Assembly: GCF_018350175.1 (NCBI RefSeq)
Contig: NC_058368.1
Location: forward strand, 162,814,001-162,878,000
From: Felis catus
Taxonomy: Eukaryota
Direction of reading: 5' to 3'
Length of the DNA: 64,000 nt
Shown: positions 1 through 13,645 of the stretch, in pieces
Numbering within the stretch: the stretch's first letter is position 1
How the letters are laid out: each line of letters starts with the position of its first letter
Notes under the pieces: model-generated
Told to the model about the DNA's origin: nothing
Seen by the model: the letters and a program-made list of their open reading frames with translations, nothing else
The model's database searches: none
Program-made: the position numbers and the translations under genes

Positions 1-669
1 GACTGTGACATGGATAAAAACAAGGCTCTGGCCCCATTGTTGATATCATTAAATGGATTAATGTGGCACAAGGAAATACTTTTAATTGGAAAATACAGCC
101 TACATAAAAGTACCTAAGGGTATGACTCTCCCATTAGTCTGACAGGCTTACTTAAGTCCAGAGAGAGGCATGAGTTTAAGAAAGATACGCTCTATAACAA
201 AACTAAAAATGTGGTTATTGGCACATATACCTGAATCAATTAGATAAGAAACTAGTTTGAAACCATTACGTCGTACCAAATGAACCACCAGCCCCTTCTC
301 AGAGAGATTATGACTGAATGAGTATTAAAATGACCCTTAGTCCCAAATTTTATAGGTAAGAAACCGGATGACACAGATTCTAACCACCCAAGGAGTATAT
401 TCTCCATTTGCCACCTTCAAATATAGCCAAAGATGAGAAAAAGGACCAAGAGAGAACACTGAGCCCCTCCCAAGAAGCAGGTTTACTCAAGGAACAAACA
501 TAACATCTTCCCAATGGGATTTTAGGATTTCTCTGAACTAATGACATCTATGTATTTTCCCCTTTCCAACCAGTAATGATTACTGTGACAAATACATTTC
601 TTACATGTTTGGGGTATTAAAGGGGGGGAAAAAACAGACACTGCTAATGCTAATGGGAATATAAAGAGT

Positions 670-1590
670 CAAAATTCAAAATGTGTCACAGACTTAAATG
701 GAAAATGGAAAACTATAACACTTTTTGAAATAAAAAAACGTAGATAATCTTTAGGATCTAGGACTAGGCAAAGAATTCTTAAACTTGACAACAGAAACAT
801 AGAAAGAAAAACTGACAAACTAAACATCAAAATTAAAAACTTTTGTTCTTGTGAAGAACCCTGTTAAAAGTAGGAAAAGACAAACTATACATTGGATGAA
901 AATATTTGCAAATCACCTATCTGACAAAGACCTACGACTTAGGATACATAAGTAACTTTTAAAATTTAACAGTAAAATATAAACAATCCAGTTAGAAAAT
1001 AGGCAAAAACATAAACAGACATTACACTAAAGGTAAGTAAATGGCAAAGGAGCACAAGCAAAGATGCCCAATATCATTAGCCATTAGGAAAATGCAAGTT
1101 AAGGCCACAGTGAGATTTTATTGCAACCTATCAGAATGGCTAAAATAAAAAATAATACAGCACCAAATGATGGCAAGGATGAGATCACTCATACGTTGCT
1201 GATGGGCTATAAAATGGTACAGTCACTCTGGAAAACAGTTTAACAGTTCTCAAAAAAATAAATAAATAAATAAAATGACATAGAACTACCACATGACCCA
1301 ACTGTTCCACTCCTGGGCATCCATCCCAGAGAAATGAGAACTATGTTCACACAAAAATACGTACAAATGTTCACAACTTTATTTGTCAGAGCCAAAAAAC
1401 AGATGAACTCAGATGATCTTTAGTAGGTGAATGGTTAAACAAACCATGCATGGTACATTCATACCCCGAAATACTTAGTAATCAGCAATAAAAGGAATTA
1501 ACAATTGACAAACATAACCCAGATGAGTTTTTAGATAATTATTCTGAGTGCAAAAAAGCTAATTCCAAAATGCTAAATTCTGTAAAATGA
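670..1590 (+). mobile_element. Old L1M-type LINE fragment (ORF2 3' end and start of 3' UTR)
   Basis: Degenerate L1 motifs such as aatatttgcaaatcacctatctgacaaag, ccattaggaaaatgcaagttaagg and catgacccaactgttccactcctggg; no intact ORF; boundaries approximate. Confidence 0.8.
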
Positions 1591-1630
1591 TCAAACGGTA
1601 GTAAAATCTTTAAACAAAAATATGTAATCA

Positions 1631-1832
1631 GGGGGGCACATGGGTGGCTCAGTAGGTTAAGTGTCTGACTCTTAGTTTGGGCTCAGGTCATGATCTCATG
1701 GTTCATTAGATCAAGCTCCATGGCAGGGTCTGCAGTGCTGAGCCTGCTTAAGATTCTTACTCTCTCTGCCCCTCCCCTATTCATATATACACATGCACTC
1801 TCTTTCAAAATAAATAAACAAACAAAAAAAAA
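1631..1832 (+). mobile_element. Older carnivore tRNA-derived SINE (SINEC)
   Basis: ggggcacatgggtggctcagtaggttaag head, CT-rich linker, A-rich tail. Confidence 0.9.
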
Positions 1833-2317
1833 CAACCATTAAAAAGACAGTTATCCATCATGATGTAGTTTATAATATGAAAAATTTTCAAATATAAATA
1901 TTCAACTCTATGAGAATGGTTAAAATTTAAAATGGAATGTTACATAAGAATAAGAATGCTCAAAGGTTGCAAACTATACACAGTATTATATTAACTCTTC
2001 AAGAAATAGGCACACTAAAACATTAACTAACATAGTCCCAAAGTTGTTTCCCTTGAGAAAAAAAATAAATAAATAAAGAATTGGGTTTTTTTTCTCTATT
2101 TCTTAGTATTATCCAAATTATCTGCAGTGACCAATAGAACTTCTCCAACCAGAAAAATATGCTAATAAAAAAAAAGGACTGATTAATAAGTTATCTATGA
2201 AATGAATATAAAAAGATAAATACTCTGCAACTGTTTTTAATATATAACTAATATATATTCTTAAAGAAAAAGTAGATATCTATAAATTCAAAATGTTTCC
2301 TTAAAATGTACATTTGA

Positions 2318-2542
2318 GGGGCGCCTGGGTGGCGCAGTCGGTTAAGCGTCCGACTTCAGCCAGGTCACGATCTCGCGGTCCATGAGTTCGAGCCCCGCGT
2401 CAGGCTCTGGGCTGATGGCTCGGAGCCTGGAGCCTGTTTCCGATTCTGTGTCTCCCTCTCTCTCTGCCCCTCCCCCGTTCATGCTCTGTCTGTCTCTGTC
2501 CCAAAAATAAATAAAAACATTGAAAAAAAAATTTTTTTTAAA
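2318..2542 (+). mobile_element. Young felid SINE (SINEC_Fc type) with 15-bp TSD
   Basis: ggggcgcctgggtggcgcagtcggttaagcgtccgact head; TSD aaaatgtacatttga at 2303-2317 and 2543-2557. Confidence 0.97.
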
Positions 2543-3264
2543 AAAATGTACATTTGAATGCATATGGGTAAATGTGATGTAAGATGTACGAATATTAAGT
2601 GTGTGGATGTGGTTTATGCATGTGTGTGTTAATGACAGTGTAATGTAAATGTGTGTATTATGTATGAATGTGAATACATGTATAAATGTATATATATTAA
2701 AAAGGCGAAACAATATTAACAGTGGGTAATCTAGGTTCTGGTATGAAAAATTTTTTATTTCCTTCCTTTTTTGTTCCATTTATTCCATTTTTTTTCCTTT
2801 TATTCCATTTCTTTTTGTTTTTGTTTTTGTTTTGATCTTCTGAATGGCTTGCCAAGGATGCATGATGTTTAAAATTAGATAAAAATTAAAGATATTTAAA
2901 AGGGGTATTTCGACTATTTAAAAGCTAATATTTTGGTATACTATTTTGAGTGAATCCAATTAAGATGAGCTACACCAAATAAATCTATTTTCTTATCTCC
3001 TAAGAATATAATCCTGGACACTTGTCTAATTAAAACCCTCTCTAATACATGATTTTGGAGGTATTAAGCCAGACTTTGGATATACATCAATATCAAGTGA
3101 CACCAACAACAAAAAAAAAAATAGCTACCATATTGAAAGATTTTTACTTGTTCATAGGATTTTGTATCTACCATTGCCAATAACTAAACAAACCAAGATA
3201 GGTAGTTTTTTATATTAATATAGCTGTTACTTAGTTAAGATGAACATCATTATTATTCATTGCT

Positions 3265-3430
3265 ACTAATTAACGAGCACTTACCATGCACCAGGCACTG
3301 CCTATCACTGTATGTTTATAGTCTCCTATGAGGTAGGGGTTACTGTCATCACCAGGATTTATAATAAAGCTTATAGTATAGGGCCACATAGTGTTCAAGG
3401 AAAAATTTAAACTCTGTTTTGTCTGACCCT
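3265..3430 (-). mobile_element. MIR-like fragment
   Basis: gagcacttaccatgcaccaggcactg ... cctatgaggtagggg resembles MIR core in antisense. Confidence 0.5.
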
Positions 3431-4292
3431 AATATTCTTGCTGTACTGCATACTTTCACTCATGTGTTAATATTAAAATAAAAGGGAAAAGATACTTTAA
3501 AACACACATTGGCTAATTTGTTCATTTTTAATAACAGTGACTTAGAAAATAGAATTTCCTCATTTCTTTGTTGCCACAAACCACATTTTTACCAACCTGA
3601 GGAAGCTACAAAAAGCATTGCTTAACTTTTGCCTCCCATACATTATACTGGTTAGTTACAACTATGCCTATGGTCAACTTGAATACCTTATCAGAGCATT
3701 TCCTTTTATTTTATACATGAAAACAAATAAGGGTAATCACTACTAATAGTCTATCAAAAAGCAATCCCTACATTTTAGAATCACCTTGGAAGCATGGTAG
3801 CTACACAGGGGCATCAGCAGTTCAGCAACTAATTAAGGCAAAACCAAAAGTAGAATATCAAAGCATTTTGTTACTATTTCTGAATATGCTTCTCATTTTA
3901 GCTTCCTTTTTCACACTGCAAATTTTTCAGATCCCAAATCTTACCCATAAAGATCATCTATGCTTTGCTTCTGATAACACAATTCTTCCCATTTCAGTGG
4001 CCAAAGAAAGAGAAAATAACCCATTACTTTTAGGCCAAGTTTATGGCAAATGTGAGCAGAGAATCCCAAACTGCCTATCTGACATTATTCTTACTGCCTT
4101 CTGTGGAAGGGCATGTCATTAGATTCCTAATATGCCTCCATTGAAAGGATCGTTTATTCATTAACGCACGTGACAACTCAACAAACCCTTCTTGAACACC
4201 TACAATGTATATCACATGCTGTTCTAGTGCTGGCAATAATGAATTTTATAAATTCAACCATGGCTTTCAAAATGACTTAAGACAGCACAGAA

Positions 4293-4578
4293 CAGATTTT
4301 CCTAAAGCCTGTTCACCAAAACACTTACCTGGAGGAGAAAACATAAAATGAACAGAAGCAGAGTAAACAGGGCAAACATAACAATGGTCAATAAGTTCAG
4401 AACTGCATATATCACGTGCCCTAACTAAAGATTCACAAAAAGCATTAACTCTTTAATGATGCAACAGAGATACTCCTTAAGTTTCATTTTCCCAACTCAT
4501 TGAACCATGGAAAGTATTTTTAATATATTCTTAACATCTTCAGAAACTGCTCTGCAGATCATACTTTAGGAAATGCTG
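4293..4578. mobile_element. hAT-Charlie-like MITE
   Basis: Imperfect terminal inverted repeats: left cagattttcctaaagcctgttc, right (reverse complement) cagcatttcctaaagtatgatc; no clear TSD. Confidence 0.6.
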
Positions 4579-4902
4579 AGACATTATATTCTTTTGCTCA
4601 AAGGCATGGATTTTAAAATATCTATCTATCTACAAATTATAGCTGTGAGCAGGCAGAACTGAGTTTGTTGCTAACACCTCATTGACACACGCTTTCCTAC
4701 TTAATTTTCTCTGTTGGTTTCCTCTATTTCAGAAACTTGGTCATTTGAATTTCAACCAAACTGGATACCTTAAAGGATCTAGTACTTCATGATGGATGTG
4801 AAACTTCTATTTCAAAGGAATTTATAAAGCAATAATACTGAAACGAAAAGAAACCTCTGTGCCCACACAGCTTTACAGAATAATTAAGCATCAAGATGGA
4901 CA

Positions 4903-5065
4903 TACGTTTCCCCAAATGGACTGATAAAATAACATGAGTAATTTTAAAATACATAAATTCCTGAGTCCTACCCAGACTTGCTAAATCAGGATCTTCAAGA
5001 GGCATTAAATAACAGTAGCAAGCATCCAAGGTAACTCATATAATCTAGGAAGTTTGGGGAAGCCC
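4903..5065. mobile_element. MER5-like hAT-Charlie MITE
   Basis: gtttccccaaa ... tttggggaagc termini, internal aaattcctgagtcctacccagacttgctaaatcaggatc. Confidence 0.65.
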
Positions 5066-7319
5066 GAAGTGCCTTGTATGTGAAAAATTGTGGTGGTTTC
5101 ATCTGGAGCACTGACTATCCTAAAAGTTAGTTCTAGCTCTTCTATTGTGTGTATTAAATTTTAAAATCTTTGAATCATCTGCTTTATTATATCATTACAT
5201 TTTCTAAGATATCATCTTTCCTTTTTTAATTTCTGTTATAACAAAATTGAAATATAAGAAAAATAAAACTGATTTGTATAAGGAAGAAGGAATATCACAA
5301 AAGAAGAACACTCAGAGACCAAGCAAAATTAAAGCATACTGTATTAAATTTGTGATGGTAAAACCATAAGATTCTTGGCCCTATGTCTTCTCCAATCTCG
5401 TCAAGTATTTCATGTTTAAAACAAATCCTTATGAACACAAGATAAGACAAACAGTAACTAAAATTAAATCACACTGAGTCCCACGCTAGTCATTTTCCTA
5501 GTTCAACATTTTAAAGTCACCTTGCATAACTAACGTTCTTTTGTACAGAATTCTTCCTAAAATACCAATCTGAAACATTAGAAATTTAATGCTATAATAA
5601 ATGGAAAGTGTTGAGAGCTACCTTTTTCTGAGAGAAAGGAATGGAAAAGAGAAACATGAAAATAATATAACTTAGGAAAAATTATCCAACTATGGGTCAG
5701 TAAAGAAAAGCTTTGCTGGATTTAGTAATTACTTCTCTACAGTTTCTAAGCATTTACTAATGACTCCTTCCCAAAGGCTCAAAGAGACAAAGAGATTATT
5801 TTGCTTAACACCACTGAATTAACACTCATCAGTAAGGAATTAAAAAATGCCTGGATGAAAACAAAATGTTATGTTTATTTATTACATTTTTAAATATTTG
5901 AAAGTTATATTGAAATACGTCATAACAAGTTAAAATATATAAAAAGTGAGTGTCAAATATTATGTACTTAAGAATATTTTATGACACTATTCTATTTTCA
6001 GGTTAACATATAAAAATTAGGCCCGAGAAGCATTTCTCTTAATTTTAATTCTTCCCTTTTTTTGTATCCAATAACAACCAAAACTTCCCTTTCATAAATG
6101 TTATTATCTCTGAAGTCAGATAATTGCTTAGGTTTTCATAAAAGCTTCCCTTAAAACAATACTTTCCCAAACCTACTTAAATTTATTTTTTACAAGCTGT
6201 TTTCAAACACACTATTCTACCGTTTGCTAACCCTCACCTTCTTTTGTGTTTTCCTCACACCTGTGGAAATTGTAGATGTTTATCATATTTCTCACATTTT
6301 GTCTTCTTCTACTTACAAACTATATTATGTTACTTTAATCTCCTCTTACAGGGATGATCTCATTCAAAGGGAGCCCCGACTTGCTCTCAAGTTCAAAAAA
6401 CAGCAACAACAAAAAAGCACACAAAGGAATATGCTAATTCTCTCAATGTTATATTACCTAAGAAAATTGTACATTCCTTGGTTTCTAATTTATTTACAGA
6501 AAGTTTTCAACTCTTTTGTATCTTTTTCCCACTTAAATCTCCTTTTCTTCTACACTCTCCTTAGACTTGGACAAATAATTCCGATTTTTGGTTATGGAAT
6601 CCAAAATTTGCAAAACTGGTATAATTCACTTGAACAGACAAATTGTTGTGTTTTTAAGAAAGTAAAGATCATTATAACGGACTATTTGAAACTGGGGAAG
6701 AAATGGTTTAAATTCATAAAGATAATTCTGTAATATGTAAACACTTAAAAAATAAACTCAACAAAATATTTAAATTATCCAATATAGTTAATAAACCCAC
6801 TATGAGAAATAAAAAATTGAAAAACATTAAACAACGCATGAAAAATATTAGTTTTAGTTATTATTGATCTACCTACGAAATCACTATGAAGTCATTTCAC
6901 CTCATGTCCTAAGGTTCTACACTGTGAAAGAAGGAATTTATGATTTCTAACATTCCTTTTGTTTCTAAATGCCTGGGTTCCTTTAGATATGTCATGCGAT
7001 TTCAGTCCTGAGTTTTGTATCTGTTTTATTGCAAACACCTACACATACACACAAATATACCACAAAGAAATCCCTATTAAAGAAAACCTTCAAGGGAAAA
7101 ACAATGCAAAAATTCACTAGGCATTTTTGTATACTGATTGTGGGGGAGTAACTGACTTCCTAAAAGTCAATGTGGCATTATCTATCAGAAATTAGAATAA
7201 GGAAGCCCTTTAAACTCAATATTTATACTTCTAAGAATGGAGACTAAGGAGTAACTCACACACTTATATACCCATGTATGCTCAAACATATATACGGCAA
7301 CACTGGATATATAATATGC

Positions 7320-8130
7320 AGTAAACACTTAAGACTAAACCTGATTTCTTGATTTCCACGCCTAATTCTGTTCTTCTACATTCTAGTCAATAGCCCCAGT
7401 TGTTCAAGCCTAATATTATGAGTCATTATTCATTCCTCTTTCATAATTAATCTACCCAAAAAATCTCTTTTTCCTTGAAAATCTATGGAAAACCAGTCAC
7501 TTCTCTAGATCTCTACTGCTACCAACCCAGTCCAACCACCTTTCTCTCTCACCTGGACTAGTTGGTAAAAAAAAAAAAAAACTAACTCTTGGGTGATTTT
7601 CTACCATTTACTCCCCATCCTTCAGAACAAGAGAAGCCAAAATTATCATTTCAAAATGTAAGATGATGCACATCCCTACGAAAAACTTTCTCATGACTAC
7701 CCACTGCACTTAAAGGAAAATTGAAATGCTTCATGTTGGTGTCTAACTGCCTCTCCAAGTTCATCACATGCGACATTTTCCATTGCTTTGATCACGCTGG
7801 CCAAAGTGATATTTCCTAAAACCTACCAAGCTCTTTCCTGCTCCAAGACCCTTAACCATGTTCTTCTCCAGTCTGGAAAGCATCTTTCAAGGCCGGTTCC
7901 TTGTTATCCAGCTATTATTGTAACAGCTTTCCTTTGCCCTTTTATACACTATTACTTCATATTATTTGTTCCTTCATACACTCACCTTAATCTTCAATTA
8001 TCTTGTTTATTTATCAGCTTTGTATTTCTTCCCACTACTACATAAAACCCTGATGGCATGAAACTGTTTCAATGCTATTATCTCAGCACTAGGTACAGTC
8101 CATATCAATAAATATTTATTGAATGAATGA
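7320..8130 (+). mobile_element. LINE2 3' fragment
   Basis: ctctctcacctggacta motif and typical L2 terminus tcaataaatatttattgaatgaatga. Confidence 0.8.
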
Positions 8131-9373
8131 CAGAAGATAAGAGCAGCCTGAGTTTTTGTTTTCATTTGCCAATGATAAGCTATTATTTAAATTATGAATC
8201 TTAGTTTACACTAAAAACTTCACACAACAGCCAATTCCTCTATCTAATCTACTTCAATTAAAAGAATAAAAAACATCAATAAGACATATCAGAAATAACT
8301 TGGTGAAAATTTGCATAGTACACTATAACAAACTAAGTTTGTGATCTGGCAATAGCAATCTTCTTGGCTTCATCTCTGCTGCCCACCCACACACACACCT
8401 TAACTTGTGGCCGTTTCCCATTGAGAAATATAACTTGGTCAGATTAACTGCAATTCAAAGTGTGTATGGCAAGGGATGAAGCTAAGAAGACTGCTGAGGA
8501 CAGATCAGGCTTCTGTACTGGAACAGGTGTTATGTTTTAGTTTAGAGAGTCAGATATTTTATCAAAGTTCACATAGTTTAAGAACAAGTAGGGCATCTGA
8601 TCAACTGAAAGAATGAGGGATTTGATTCAGTACAAAGTTTGGCAAGTAAATTCTATACACACAATAATATTTTTACTATCATAAAGTCAGTACCATGTTT
8701 GTGACTACAATTAAGATTTTACCTTACTGTTAAGATTTCAATTATTTTTATTAAAGCCTAGTGTATACATTGTTCCTAAAACTACCCCCAGTGAAATTAT
8801 GTGAAATTGGCCTTACACAATCTTTTCCACTCTTAGATAATGTACTAGAATCTATATAAGTGATCTTTCCACTGATAACATGTTCTCCTTATCTCATTTA
8901 TTCCAAACTCTACCATGCTTTAAAAACATGGTCTTTGGTCCTATATGCTTGCATATTCTATTTTTATTTCCAAATGAAGTCTGCTAACCTAATTAGTACA
9001 CTCCTAAAACCATGCTATATAATATGTACTTAATTGTTAAAAATATTTTCCTATTTGTTATCATTCTATAATTAGGAATTTGGTCTTAGGAAATGTCAAC
9101 ACTTTAATATTAATTTTCAATATTAACATTTCACAAATGTAACAACTTTAACTTTTTAAAAATAATGCCTGTATCGCAACAGTCCCCAATTCTCCTTTCT
9201 TCTTACTCTAAGGCTTTTCTTCACTTACTAACTCCTGAAAGCTAATTTTAGAGCCCTCTTCTTCTCAATACTTACTATTAAAAGTCCCTGGAAGGACAAA
9301 AAAATGTTAAGGTCTTCATCAGCACATCCCTCTGGCTCTATCATAATTGTTTTTCCACTAAAACTAAATCTTT

Positions 9374-9574
9374 GGGGAGCACCTAGGTGGCTCAGTCAGT
9401 TAACCAGCCAACTTCAACTCAGGTCATGATCTCATGGTTAAGTTTAAGTGCCTTGTCAGGCTCTGGACTGACAGCTTGGAGCCTGCTTTGGATTCTCTGT
9501 CTCCCTCTCTCTCTACCCCTCCCACACATGTGCTCTTTCTCTCTCAAAAATAAATATAAATAAACATTTAAAAG
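9374..9574 (+). mobile_element. SINEC
   Basis: ggggagcacctaggtggctcagtcagttaa head; degraded TSD aaaactaaatcttt / aaaactgattcttt. Confidence 0.9.
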
Positions 9575-10141
9575 AAAACTGATTCTTTGGAGGAAAAAAG
9601 AGGTAGAAATACAATAATATTTCCTTTTGAGCCTTTCAATAATGTACTCTTTCATCTAACTGGAGCAACACATTAGATAAGTCATGAAGTTCTGTGTCTC
9701 TAAACTACAGTCATAGACATACAGCTAGCTTCAGTTCTTAGGAAAAGCTTCAGTTCTCCTATAAATTTCACCTCTCTTTACCTCAAGAATCAGGAATCAA
9801 CATGTCCAGGGTGCAGAGCTATAAGCACAGAAATGAAACCAAAAACGGGAAAACTATAGATCTTAGAACCCCAATGAGATTACAAGTGCACAGGAAAATT
9901 GATCACTGCTTTTTGAGTAGGACTGTGTGTAATATGGGGAATGCATATCAGATGATTAACAACTTTAATAACTACTGAAGGGACGAATGATGCAATCTAT
10001 TTCTGCAATCTCATACTTCACACAATTCACATCAAAACAAAGCAGTAAGCAGTAGAGGAGACTAATCCTTTATCATATTTACCTGTACAAGTAAGTTGCA
10101 AGATAGAAGTAAAGGCCTTGTTTTATAGTACTTAAGTTAAA

Positions 10142-10182
10142 ACATAAATAAATAAACAAACAAACAAACAAATAAATAAATA
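10142..10182. repeat. Compound (AAAT)n/(AAAC)n microsatellite next to the exon 2 donor
   Basis: acataaataaataaacaaacaaacaaacaaataaataaata seen directly. Confidence 0.85.
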
Positions 10183-10199
10183 ACACAACAGAAACTTAC

Positions 10200-10463
10200 C
10201 TTCAAATAGGGACCCCAATTGGTATTTTCCACTAAAAAATTTTGGCAGTGAAAACACAAGTGCTCCCAGTCCTATCATAAAGGATGCAAATGCAAGCCAC
10301 CTTGGTTTGTGTCCTCTTTCACCAAAGAATGACACAAATAAAGACAACACACAGAATGAGATATCATAGCTTGATGATATCAGGCCCGTCAGGGAACTCT
10401 TCATTTCATAGCGCTTCTCAATAGTGGAAATGCTAATATTTACGAGGCCATTTACTACAATAC
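10200..10463 (-). CDS. SLCO4C1: SLCO4C1 (OATP4C1) coding exon 2, 264 nt, phase 1-1
   Basis: Acceptor ttctttcttttag|GT, donor GAAG|gtaagt; encodes (G)IVVNGLVNISISTIEKRYEMKSSLTGLISSSYDISFCVLSLFVSFFGERGHKPRWLAFASFMIGLGALVFSLPKFFSGKYQLGSLFE, an OATP TM1-TM3 segment; joins exon 1 in frame. Confidence 0.96.
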
Positions 10464-13262
10464 CTAAAAGAAAGAAAAGAAGATTTATGTGCATGATTTG
10501 TATTAACTTTACCACACAGATTATGATTTTCAACAAAATGTACTAAAGTTTGATTGTGACTAAAGTGTTGCTGTTCATTTATTTTGATTTTTTTTTTAAT
10601 GTACCAATTTCAAAAGTCTCAAAGTTAGCAACTCAAACGTACTTCCTTACAAATGAGTTTGCTTTTAAATAGTATACTCTTGAATTTTCAGGTGTTAAAT
10701 AAAATTGATGCTTACCACAATACAAAATGTAGCTGACTTCATTTTTCTTTATATGACAAATAAAAAGTCAGACTGGTAAATTCTCATGAAGCCAGTTTGC
10801 TACAGAGATTCCAAGAGTACCATACTCTCACGGACTTCATTCAGGAAAGTATAAAAAAATTACAGGCGACTCCAGAGGTCATTAAAGTAACGCTCAATTG
10901 CTTCCAAGGTCGTTCAATTATTAGACATATTTATATATAACTAGAGTTCCTTGCCTTAGTCTTAAGAAAGGTGAAATTGAGCTCTCAAACCTCCTTTCTT
11001 CTAACACTTTTATAGACCTTAACGTTACCATTTAAAAGGTCCTAGAGCAAAACTAAACACACAGCAAGAGTGTTTTCAACAATGGCATTCTAAGTCATAT
11101 GCAAAGTAAGCAAACAAAAAAAGCACACTCACTCTGCTTATTACAAGTCTGATGGAAAAATATAAGGTAAACAAGGAAAACCGGAAATCCAATTTTGACT
11201 GACTTAACAAAAAAGTCTTGTCCAGATACAGATTAAATTTACAGTTTAAACATTAATATAAATTGAAAATAAAAAACATCTGATCAAATTACAAAGTTTG
11301 AAACTAGATAACCCCTTTTACTTAAGAGGATACCATGAACTGTTTTCATTTGTTAATTAACAGAGTATACACAAGCCATGATTTCTACAGTTTCTTTAAA
11401 TTTTGCTTAAGACTGTAACTGGAAATGTGTTGCAATACAGTTGATATAACAAGCTTTAAAAGTCCTACCATTAAACTCATTTTACTTTTATGCCAGCTTA
11501 GTAAGTCAAAAACCAATTTACAATTCTTAAAATTTCAAGGTAAAGTGGACATGCTTATAAGGAATCTGAGAATATGAAAATTTCCCTAACCAAAAATCAA
11601 CTCCTCCCCAACACCCCCACCCCTTCCAAAAAAATCAACTTCCCAGCACACTTACCATACTGATTAAAAGTCACTCATTAAAACTCATTGCCTTTATGGT
11701 AAAACTTCTCTGAAAAAGTACATTTGTAAACTCTTGTAGAGGCATAGCACTTTAAGCCTATTAATCCCACTCTGAATTCTATGCTACACAAGTTCTAAGA
11801 ACACTGCTTTAAAAAAAGAAATTCCCAGAAATATTGCATACTGTATCTCTCTATTGTATATACATGAAGATAGGAAGCACATTAGGTGATTAAGTGCTAT
11901 GAGAAGTCCTGTTTATGATTGAGAAATTCTGGGTTAAGTCAACTAACCTGACAAGTTTGGACTTTTATGGTTTTGGGGTTTTTTTCCCAAGCACTTCTTA
12001 ATATACCATGTAAACGGTCCTCCCAAGGATCATGTCTGAGAAACATGGTAATAACTCAAACTCAATGGCAATAATTCAAATTTAAACTGAAAAAAGAATT
12101 TATTGGATCACCTTCATCTAGGATTATGCTTCTTAAATTGGGGACCTCTGGGTAGATGTAGCTCTAAGCCAAAACTGACACATTTTTCTAACAGTGCCAA
12201 TAATATCTGATAATGATTTTAAACAATATTTTATAATAGATGTATGTATTCTGGAATAAATGATGTATTCTGGAATATAGAAATTTCAGCCTATGTTTTA
12301 AGATAAAGCAAGAAATTTTACTTGTGTCCAACTTCTTTGAACTTTGCATTCCTTTGGCACTGAAGTGCGTCAACAGAGATTTTGGGCAACTAAGATCAAG
12401 ACACTGAGAGAAGGTGAACTAATGAGAAAAGCAGAAACCAAAATAACTTTTTAGCGCAAAACAACCTTTGACAGAAGAGCTGCAGTTGACTTGCAATCAA
12501 GGTATACTCACTTAACACCTAACATGTGCAAAGCAAGGGGCAAGGAGCTCCTTTCAGACAGGGGAGTGGGAACAAGAATAGGAAGATTATATTTAGATTT
12601 ACTCTTCGGTTAATCTTAAAAAAAAGAGCAATTTCCAACCCCCCCCCCCAAAAAAAAAAAATTTCTTGGAAGGCATTTCTTCCAATCACCCTTGGAGGGC
12701 CTCTTCACAAATACTGTGAAACTAGGACTCAGGTGACCCAAATATACCTACATACAGTACCACCAAATTCTAACTAGCCTTCAGCATTTCCTTCCTCTAC
12801 CTTAAGGCCCACCTCTCTTCAACGTGTGGGTCACATTGGCGTAACTTCCCGTTTCTTACACCCCCGTGCCCCCCGCATTCCATGTTGCGGCTGCTTTTAC
12901 CTTCTGCAATCGTTCTTTCCTGGGAGCCATTCTTCCTCTACTCTCCCACTCACTCCTCCAAACCAGGCTTGCCCTGCAAACTCCTAAGGGTATAAACCTG
13001 GACTTTATCAGGTAACTCCCAAGAGAAACTGAAAGAGATCCTTAAACAAAACAGATACTGCACAACTCTTTTATTTCGAAAGCCTCGCCCTTCAACACCG
13101 CCTCGAGCGTGTGCTAGCATTCACCTGTGCCTACCTACGGCTCAAACTCAATATCCTCAACAAAACATGAATGCTGCTGTCTAACCTATTCAAGCAAGCT
13201 TCTCCTTTGAGAACTACCCTAGCCTCATCTAAAAGTTAATCCTTCCCTTGCAGAAACAATGT

Positions 13263-13292
13263 AAAACAAAACAAAGCAAAACAAAACAAAAA
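13263..13292. repeat. (AAAAC)n microsatellite
   Basis: aaaacaaaacaaagcaaaacaaaacaaaaa. Confidence 0.8.
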
Positions 13293-13645
13293 CCTCCTTT
13301 TAACGAGGGCTTTAGGAAAATAGATGCTTTTGTGGGATAGAATGGATTCCCCGAAGGGCAAACCGTTCCCAAAGGTTCCAGTCATTTCCACCCTCCCTAA
13401 ACGAATCGAATGGACTCAACTGAGGTTAAACACGAAAGATAAAGAGCCCTTAGGGCAGTTTCAAAAGTTGCTACAAAGGAAAAGCTAAAATGCGGAGGCC
13501 CGGCCCTGCTGACGCCTGTGGGACGCTTCAGGACCCCGGGCCGGGGCAGGCACTGCGCGTCGACTAAGCGGAGCGCGCGCGCCTGCCCGGTCCCTCCGCG
13601 CCCCGCGCGGGGCCAATGCCCTCTCCAGCCGGCGCTGGACTTTAC

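Noticed and set aside
340..620. Possible MaLR internal fragment
   Set aside because: Only faint resemblance to recalled consensus; too weak to call without a search
2342..2779. 145-aa ORF and similar ones (45021, 48787, 50238, 53934)
   Set aside because: Translations of SINEC sequence and low-complexity flanks, not genes
6224..6733. 169-aa plus-strand ORF in SLCO4C1 intron 2
   Set aside because: Non-ATG start, AT-rich composition, no recognisable domain or splice context
1..10199. Further SLCO4C1 coding exons
   Set aside because: No OATP-like exon found by eye; exon 3 is presumably beyond the left edge
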